Source: Candidatus Thorarchaeota archaeon
Lineage (GTDB): Archaea > Asgardarchaeota > Thorarchaeia > Thorarchaeales > Thorarchaeaceae
DNA length: 13,489 nucleotides
Assembly: GCA_046482545.1 (NCBI GenBank)
Contig: JAWOEX010000018.1
Span: forward strand, 1 to 13,489
Reading direction: 5' to 3'
Positions 7,091 to 13,489 of this stretch are shown here, one piece after another. The notes under the pieces are model-generated. The model worked only from the letters and a program-made list of their open reading frames with translations, was not told the DNA's origin and ran no database searches. Every line of letters starts with the position of its first letter. The stretch's first letter is position 1. The position numbers and the translations under genes are program-made.

Positions 7091-8442
7091 TACGGTTTGG
7101 TCCTATTAATGCCCCGCTTGCCAATACATCTATACTCGAATCCTTCAGCTTCTACTTTCTCTTGGTCGAATACGTTCCGGCCGTCCACTATGACGGGTGT
7201 ATTCATCACTCTTTTAATGTCAGCTAAATCAATATTGTAGTACTCATCATGTTTGGTTACTAATGCCACACAATCGGAATTCTTGCAGGCTTCCAAAAGA
7301 CTCCGTTCAATCTCGTGGTCAGTAAACTCCCATCTCTTGACATATGGATCATGGAGCCGCACGTTTGCACCTCTTGACTGGAGCCCCGAGACGAAACTGG
7401 CTGCAGGTGTGTTTCTGGTATCGTCTGAATTCTCAAGGTAGGCTACGCCGAGAACTGTAACGGTTGCATCGTGAATTGAGACCCTCTTCGCGCTCAACCC
7501 ATTCTCCACAAGATCTGTCATGTGTATTGGCATACTGTCGTTGACTCTTCGTGCAAGAGATATGAACTCTGGTTCAACTTTCCAGCTACCATATTCATAA
7601 AGCCCATAGCGCAGGAGCCAGGGATCTTTCGGAAGACAATGACCACCTACACCCGCACCTGGAATGTGCATGTTTCTGTCGTCTCGGGCATTGATGAGAT
7701 CTATTATCTCGTAGATATTAACACCAAGACTTTCACATACTAGAGCCATCTCGTTGGCGAATGCAATATTCACATCTCTATATGCGTTCTCGATAGTCTT
7801 TGCCAATTCAGCACTGAGTGTGTTGGTTGTGTAAATTTTCTCATTGACAATTTTTGAATAGAGGTCAACAGCTCGTTCGGTACTCTTTGATGTTATTCCT
7901 CCGACAACACGTGGCATATTCGTTATATATTCCAATAGTCTCCCTGGCATGACTCTCTCATATGAAAATGCCAAATCGAAATCTTCTCCCCCTTTTAGTC
8001 CTGATTCCTTCTCTACTATCTTCTGAACGACGTTCTGAGTAGTGCCAGGAGCTACTGTAGATTCGACAACTACCATAGCACCTTTCTTGATATGTTTCCC
8101 AATGTTCTCGCTGACTTGTCTGAGCGAGTCATACCGAGGCATGTTCTGGGCGTCTGTTGGTGTTTGTACATCAATGAGAATAATGTCGGCATCAGCTAGC
8201 ACGCTGATATCCGAAGTAACGTGAAACGTACCTTTTTCAACTACTTTTGAAATGAGATCTTCTAAGCCGGGTTCTACCCCTTCGAAAGGTGACTTCCCGC
8301 TGTTCAGTACGTCGATTTTCCATCCAGAACGTTTGGACCTTCGCTGCAGTCCTGTGACCTGCATACCTTCAACATCAGCAAGTAACGCTGCGCAAGGAAT
8401 GCCTACGTATCCCATTCCTATTACTACTACATTGGTCGCCAT
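7090..8442 (-). CDS. Nucleotide-sugar (UDP-N-acetylhexosamine) 6-dehydrogenase, WecC/WbpA/WbpO family, paralog B
   Basis: 450 aa with the same motif set as paralog A (GMGYVG, KTIENAYRDVNIAFANE, GGHCLPKD, DGRN) and an AAGGTG RBS upstream. Confidence 0.94.
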   Translation of the reverse strand: MATNVVVIGMGYVGIPCAALLADVEGMQVTGLQRRSKRSGWKIDVLNSGKSPFEGVEPGLEDLISKVVEKGTFHVTSDISVLADADIILIDVQTPTDAQNMPRYDSLRQVSENIGKHIKKGAMVVVESTVAPGTTQNVVQKIVEKESGLKGGEDFDLAFSYERVMPGRLLEYITNMPRVVGGITSKSTERAVDLYSKIVNEKIYTTNTLSAELAKTIENAYRDVNIAFANEMALVCESLGVNIYEIIDLINARDDRNMHIPGAGVGGHCLPKDPWLLRYGLYEYGSWKVEPEFISLARRVNDSMPIHMTDLVENGLSAKRVSIHDATVTVLGVAYLENSDDTRNTPAASFVSGLQSRGANVRLHDPYVKRWEFTDHEIERSLLEACKNSDCVALVTKHDEYYNIDLADIKRVMNTPVIVDGRNVFDQEKVEAEGFEYRCIGKRGINRTKP

Positions 8443-8565
8443 TTAGTGCACCTTTATTCTGTTCTTTACTCAGATACTTGCCACAGGCAATCGGCCATTG
8501 AATCCCTTGAAAAGTCTTGTTCTGAACACTCCATTCGGATTGTACATCCTAGTTATCTATTATAA

Positions 8566-9393
8566 CTACTCGACATCAACGGAAGCAGAGATTCTATCAA
8601 CTGTTTTCTGCACGAAGTTGTTATCATCGATTGTCAGGATGATTGCATCCTGCGGACAGACATCAACACAACGACCGCACCCCCTACAGCCATCAGTAAT
8701 AATTGCCTTTCCGTTCTCAATCTTGATTGCATCAACAAAGCATACATCTTCGGTACATAACCCGCACCCCGCACATTCATCGGTTACTTCCACTTGCACC
8801 CCCGACATTTTGGTCACTTTTGTACCTATATTTAGCTCAAGATTGGGTAGTATTCTCCAAAGGCAACAGCAGGGGCAGCAATTGCAAATACTGAGAAGCT
8901 TTTTTCCTGGGTTTACGTTCAACCATACCTTATCTAGTTTGTTTCTTCCTATCATGTGGACTAGCCCGGCTTCTCCGCACTTTCGTATATGTTCATGAGC
9001 TTCCTGCTTTGTCACATGGCGTCCCAGTTGTGGATTGATTTCTTTAGCTGCTTCACCCAAGAAAAGGCACCCTAGATCAATAGGATAGTCCTCGCATTTG
9101 TTCGCACTCCGGCAAATACAGAAATCCATAATCCAGTGATAGTTGGCCTTTTCTATGAAGTGATGCACAATCTGGGAAGGAACTGCTTTCTCTTCCGGCA
9201 GTTCCAACGACTGGCCAATCTGAATTGTTTTGGTAGCAACATTGTCTGTTGGCAGGTATACTATGTCATCACTCTCAAAGAGGAACTTATCGATAAGCCG
9301 CCCAAGGAGAGGAATCTGAGTGAGTTGCGCTATAATTTGTTTGTGTGGAAATGCTTTCTTCAGAAGCTCAACGAACCAGAGAGGACGCGCCAT
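8566..9393 (-). CDS. Cys-rich 4Fe-4S dicluster (ferredoxin-domain) protein, function unknown
   Basis: 275 aa. C-terminal CAGCGLCTEDVC and CRGCGRCVDVCP ferredoxin motifs, plus CICR..C..C and GLVH...ICNCCPCCC upstream. Confidence 0.88.
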   Translation of the reverse strand: MARPLWFVELLKKAFPHKQIIAQLTQIPLLGRLIDKFLFESDDIVYLPTDNVATKTIQIGQSLELPEEKAVPSQIVHHFIEKANYHWIMDFCICRSANKCEDYPIDLGCLFLGEAAKEINPQLGRHVTKQEAHEHIRKCGEAGLVHMIGRNKLDKVWLNVNPGKKLLSICNCCPCCCLWRILPNLELNIGTKVTKMSGVQVEVTDECAGCGLCTEDVCFVDAIKIENGKAIITDGCRGCGRCVDVCPQDAIILTIDDNNFVQKTVDRISASVDVE

Positions 9394-9480
9394 AGAAATG
9401 CTTGGATTGATACCTTCTTATGATTTGCGAAACCCTCCGGGAGTTCAAAATGACAGATTCAAAATATGTATGAGCTGATG

Positions 9481-9501
9481 GAAAGAATATAATACGCTTT
9501 C
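9481..9501 (+). promoter_or_regulatory. Candidate BRE/TATA-like element in the divergent intergenic region
   Basis: Purine run GAAAG followed by AATATAATA about 80 nt upstream of ATG 9571. GAAAG/CTTTC form a flanking inverted repeat. Confidence 0.3.
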
Positions 9502-9570
9502 TTGACAACAGCTACTCTGAATACGTATACAATATCGTGAGAAATTGCTTAGGGCGAGGACTGTACGGAA

Positions 9571-12500
9571 ATGAGCCGCAAGAAATATGCTGTACTTGGA
9601 ATTGGTGTTCTCATAATACTACTGCTTGCTGGTGCTATGATATACGGTTGGATTCTAAATCAAAACATATACCAAACGACTTTTGAGTCCAAGGCTGGCG
9701 TCGATTACTGGTCCACTTGGACGCTTGAGAACAATCTGTTTACAGCTTCGGTTCTTCTCACTTTGTTGAGCATGATTACCCTGCCTCAGCGTTCTACATT
9801 TCTCTCATTGCTTTCTCGCATATCCAATCAGGGTTCTCAACTGACACGATTGAGAAGAAAATCCGCCATAATTTGGCGACTTCTGGAGGCGGGCGGACTA
9901 TTCCTGTTCTATGTTTCGTCAGGGGGTTTCGCGGTTACGGGTCAAAACGTTGCCTTTCTGTTAATGCTCATGAACCACGGTTCCATCTCAATCAATGCGG
10001 GGCAGCTCCAAACGCTATTCACCCTTCCCTTTGCACCAGGGACTTCTACAGAAGGAATTACTTCACTTGTGCCTGCACTTGAGGCCTATCAGCTTTATCT
10101 TGGTCTTGTCTCAACGTTCATTGTCGCAACGGGCATCCGAATTGGTCTCACTTTACTGAAGGATCTCATGGCGCCTCACAGAGACGAGTTCGTCATTCTG
10201 GCAAAAGCGTTGTCAATTGGTGCATTGATTCTGATCCTACAAATCCTTGCGGTCCCGATGTGGACAGTGAATGCGGGCACTTGGATGAGCTATGTTGCAC
10301 TGATTGTATCTTTGGTAGCAAGCATAATTGCAGCCTTTGCATTCTTGGGTTTGCGAATACATATGGGTGATGCTAGACAACGACTTAACAGCAAGATACA
10401 ACAACTCGAAACAGACCTTAACCGATTACAAAGTGAGCTTGTGTCTCTCCGCAACAAGTACGAATCTGGGTCACTTTCTATGGAAGAGTATAGGAAGCGA
10501 GTCAATCTTCTCGTGCAGGACAAAAGCCACATCAGTGGTGAACTCCACCGTCTCAAACTCGAAAAAATGGTTCCTTTTGTTGGTTCTCCCAAATCCTTCA
10601 CGCTGCTTACAATTTTTCTTGTCATAACAGTAGCGTTCCTGCCTATTGTTCAGGGCCTGTATTATGGTATACAGATGGAAGGCGACAAATACATTGACTG
10701 GAAATTCAACTATGAAACGAAGAAGGAAATTGCAATCACTCAGTGGGCATCGGGTATCCAGAATATGCAGACGACAACATTGGATGGACTTACCTCGAAT
10801 GCAACACCCAGTGGTGATGTGGAGTTCCTCACGACCGTCAGACAGTGGGATCAAGAGGCAAGCTATCTTCGGATGAGAAACCAAATCGGTACGAACTGGA
10901 TGGAACTTGCCGATTCAGATATCGTGTATTTACGAAACCATGAATATTGGATTGCACCGCTCGCTTTTGACTACGAAACCATTGCGTCGAATTTCATCAA
11001 CAAACATCTGATTTACACCCACACCGAAGGACTCGTTGTTCTGGATGCGTACAGCGGTACCCTAATGGAAGATGAGAGCTTGATTGCCCTTCTCAACCGA
11101 ACGGACACAATTGCAGCATATTACGGGGAAGGAACAGGATTCAGGCATGAGGTATTTGTCAATAATGATAACTTCGACGAAGTGGGGAATGCCACTTTCG
11201 AGGGGGCCCCAGACTACAAGCTAAGAGGGTTCGAATCCGTGTTCTACATGCTTGGTATGGGCACCGATGCTTGGTCTTTCATTGGCCAAGACCTCGACAT
11301 GCTTGTGGAGCGGAATGTGGTCTCAAGAGTCAAGTCAGTATTATTGCAGGGTTTGAGTGTAGATGACGACGCGTATATTGTCGTTGGTCCTAGTGGTAAC
11401 ATCTACTATGCCGTATCAGTATTCATTGACTATCCATTGACAACGGCGTATGCTCATGAGAATTACATGCGCTTTCTTGGTGTCGTGCTTGTGGATGCGA
11501 ATAGCGGTAATATGAGCTTCTACAAATCTCCAAATGAGGATGATAATTTCTTCATCGATAGGACATATACAGGATACTACCCGTGGCAGGATACTCCTTC
11601 TTGGCTGCAGCGCCAAATGAAATGGCCCGAAGATCTCTATGAACGTCAACTCGATATAGCATATATCTACCATGTTGAAGACGGGTTTGAATGGAAAGGC
11701 GGCAACGATTTCCACGAAAGTCCGAAGGATTCTGACACTCGCTACATTATCATGCGCATTGGTGGAGTGGAACGGTTTGTTGCAATGCACAATGCTGAAT
11801 TCAAGAACGCAGCCGGCGAGAATCTGGCTGGCATCTACATTATGGGTTGTGGTCAGTCTGGTTTTGGGGAACTATCATTCTATGGGATTCGAGAGTCTGG
11901 TCTTTCCAAGCTATTGGGACCGGGAGCCGCCGTTCAAGCTTTCGAAACACATGATGCCGTTAGAAGCCAGCTACAACTCTGGGGATCCTATAGATACGGC
12001 AACCGACTTGTCTATCACTTGGGAGGCGATTTATTCTACGTGATTCCGGTATTCTTGAAAGTGGAGACATCGACGAATGCTGTGATAGAGAAACTGGGCG
12101 GTATAGGGCTGGTTGATGCTGAAACAGGTGATAGAGTAGAGCTCGGAAAGAATGTGATTGAAGCCTATTACGATATGTTTGGATTGCTCAATCAAACAGT
12201 CGTTGAAGAAGGTGAAGTGGGTTTCGAGAGTGCATCTTTTGACCCAATCACAGTGGATTCTGGTGAATTTTCGGAGCTCATCCTAGGCTTGCGCAACAAT
12301 GACAATGTAACCCATGACCTGTCTGTTGATATCAGTGTCGTCTCCGGTAACTTCTCTGTCCTCTGGCACGGTTCGGAGCTTACCCCCACTGAATACCCGA
12401 CGAATACAACATTCACACTGGACATTGGTACCGTCGGGCCAGGAGACCTCTATGGTACCTCTCCAATGGTGACTGCAAACCTACCTCCTGGGATGGTTTT

Positions 12501-12582
12501 CGCACAGTATCTAGTCGTTGTGACCCTGAAAACAGAAGAGGGCGTTGTGGATCAGACTACTCTGTTCCTCACTGTTACGTGA
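9571..12582 (+). CDS. UPF0182-family integral membrane protein with coiled-coil insert and C-terminal Ig-like domain
   Basis: 1003 aa. Multiple N-terminal hydrophobic helices are followed by UPF0182-type motifs in the expected order: RQWD, NKHLIYTH, YYGE, DDDAY, NYMR, VDANSG...FY, WPEDLYERQ, YHV, GNRLV....LFYVIP. Family recognised by eye, not by HMM. Confidence 0.85.
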   Translation: MSRKKYAVLGIGVLIILLLAGAMIYGWILNQNIYQTTFESKAGVDYWSTWTLENNLFTASVLLTLLSMITLPQRSTFLSLLSRISNQGSQLTRLRRKSAIIWRLLEAGGLFLFYVSSGGFAVTGQNVAFLLMLMNHGSISINAGQLQTLFTLPFAPGTSTEGITSLVPALEAYQLYLGLVSTFIVATGIRIGLTLLKDLMAPHRDEFVILAKALSIGALILILQILAVPMWTVNAGTWMSYVALIVSLVASIIAAFAFLGLRIHMGDARQRLNSKIQQLETDLNRLQSELVSLRNKYESGSLSMEEYRKRVNLLVQDKSHISGELHRLKLEKMVPFVGSPKSFTLLTIFLVITVAFLPIVQGLYYGIQMEGDKYIDWKFNYETKKEIAITQWASGIQNMQTTTLDGLTSNATPSGDVEFLTTVRQWDQEASYLRMRNQIGTNWMELADSDIVYLRNHEYWIAPLAFDYETIASNFINKHLIYTHTEGLVVLDAYSGTLMEDESLIALLNRTDTIAAYYGEGTGFRHEVFVNNDNFDEVGNATFEGAPDYKLRGFESVFYMLGMGTDAWSFIGQDLDMLVERNVVSRVKSVLLQGLSVDDDAYIVVGPSGNIYYAVSVFIDYPLTTAYAHENYMRFLGVVLVDANSGNMSFYKSPNEDDNFFIDRTYTGYYPWQDTPSWLQRQMKWPEDLYERQLDIAYIYHVEDGFEWKGGNDFHESPKDSDTRYIIMRIGGVERFVAMHNAEFKNAAGENLAGIYIMGCGQSGFGELSFYGIRESGLSKLLGPGAAVQAFETHDAVRSQLQLWGSYRYGNRLVYHLGGDLFYVIPVFLKVETSTNAVIEKLGGIGLVDAETGDRVELGKNVIEAYYDMFGLLNQTVVEEGEVGFESASFDPITVDSGEFSELILGLRNNDNVTHDLSVDISVVSGNFSVLWHGSELTPTEYPTNTTFTLDIGTVGPGDLYGTSPMVTANLPPGMVFAQYLVVVTLKTEEGVVDQTTLFLTVT

Positions 12583-12598
12583 ATCGGCTATGAGGGAC

Positions 12599-13489
12599 CT
12601 ATTGGGAGTGCTCACGATACCAGTCGATGGTGTCTTTGAGCCCTTCTTCGAAGGAAATCTCAGGTGTGAAACCCAGAATTCTCTCAGCTTTAGCAGTGTC
12701 ACCGATACTGTGCCTAACGTCTCCCTCTCTTGGTGAAACATGCACGATATCTATTTCATTTGAGGAAACGAGTTCCTCAACGGTTTCTGCCATTTCTAGA
12801 ACGCTAATTGATTTCTGCCCTGAGATGTTGATAGTCTCACCAATCGCCTTTTCTTCGAAGGCGGCCCGGATGGTTGCTTCAACTACGTCTTTTACGTGAA
12901 TCATACTTCGAGTTTGCTTCCCATCTCCATCAATGGTCAAATCCCTTCCTGCAAGTGCCTGATTAACGAAGATTGAAACAACCCCACTGTATTCTGAGTA
13001 GGCTTGTCTGGGGCCATAGACATTGAAGTACCGAAGAATGGTAGATTGGAGATTGTAGCTTTTTTGAAAAGATTTGATGTATTGCTCGGCTGCAGCTTTG
13101 GAGGCTGCATATGGACTCATCGGCTCAATTGGCCTGTCCTCTTTCACCGGCAAGGTTGCTGGATCTCCGTATACTGCTGCACTTGATGAAAAAACGAATC
13201 TTTTTGCTTCATGCTGTCTGGCAAGCTCCAACATCCTCAATGTTCCGTCTAGGTTGTTTTCGTTAACCAGGACCGGATTTTCTAAAGAAAGCTTGACTGA
13301 CGAAATGGCAGCTAGGTGGAAGACAAAATCGATGCTGTCATCTATGACTTCTTCCAGATTCTCATTGCAGATATCCACCTCCAAGAAGTGAAAATCAGAG
13401 TTTTTGATGAAGTTGGACATGTTACCTTCTTTGCCTGTTCGAAGGTTGTCAATACCAATCACTTTGTAGCCACGACTAAGGAGTTCTTC
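12599..13489 (-). CDS. NAD-dependent nucleotide-sugar epimerase (WbpP/GalE-like 4-epimerase), 5'-truncated by the window edge
   Basis: The frame is open to position 13489 (EELLSRGYKVIGIDNLRTG...). Motifs HLAA, SSSAAVYG, SPYAASK (YxxxK), RYFNVYGPRQ, GDGKQTR and REGDVRHS. The GxxGxxG motif would lie outside the window. Confidence 0.92.
   Translation of the reverse strand, partial: EELLSRGYKVIGIDNLRTGKEGNMSNFIKNSDFHFLEVDICNENLEEVIDDSIDFVFHLAAISSVKLSLENPVLVNENNLDGTLRMLELARQHEAKRFVFSSSAAVYGDPATLPVKEDRPIEPMSPYAASKAAAEQYIKSFQKSYNLQSTILRYFNVYGPRQAYSEYSGVVSIFVNQALAGRDLTIDGDGKQTRSMIHVKDVVEATIRAAFEEKAIGETINISGQKSISVLEMAETVEELVSSNEIDIVHVSPREGDVRHSIGDTAKAERILGFTPEISFEEGLKDTIDWYREHSQ

Noticed and set aside
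428-12582. Selenocysteine or pyrrolysine read-through at TGA/TAG stops
   Set aside because: pyk, apgM, both dehydrogenases and the Fe-S protein end at plausible family C-termini, and no gene is interrupted by an in-frame stop.
789-13391. Numerous 60-166 aa ORFs antisense to or overlapping the main genes (e.g. 3022-3456, 8498-8998, 10471-10884, 11672-12043)
   Set aside because: Shadow frames of well-supported genes with no motifs. The similarity between 6608-6844 and 8252-8446 merely mirrors the paralogy on the other strand.
13460-13462. GTG start for the epimerase given in the ORF track
   Set aside because: The frame stays open to the window edge and the Rossmann GxxGxxG is missing, so this GTG is an internal Val.
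1-13489. tRNA, rRNA, CRISPR array, integrase/transposase or defence genes
   Set aside because: No cloverleaf, regularly spaced repeats or relevant protein motifs were seen in the short intergenic regions or ORFs by manual inspection.

Overview
Gene-dense housekeeping and cell-envelope region. The host is most likely an archaeon: it carries an archaeal ApgM-type phosphoglycerate mutase, GGTGA/AAGGTG ribosome-binding motifs and archaeal-type nucleotide-sugar dehydrogenases. An Asgard/Thorarchaeia origin is only a guess. The left half is a lower-glycolysis cluster: pyruvate kinase (-) divergent from an NAD-type SDR, then enolase and apgM (+; eno and apgM abut). The right half has two tandem, gapless, about 72%-identical nucleotide-sugar dehydrogenases (-), a 19-Cys iron-sulfur protein (-), a divergent 1003-aa UPF0182-family membrane protein (+) and a 5'-truncated WbpP-like epimerase (-). 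The most unusual items are: (1) the UPF0182 protein, which has a coiled-coil/SHOCT-like hairpin insert, a C-terminal Ig-like domain and 8 N-glycosylation sequons confined to its soluble part, and sits among aminuronic-acid biosynthesis genes; (2) the dehydrogenase pair, with an NADP-like fingerprint and a 9-bp direct repeat exactly bounding their spacer; (3) a perfect three-way-junction motif plus a Met-periodic uORF upstream of eno. No RNA genes, CRISPR arrays or transposases were seen.
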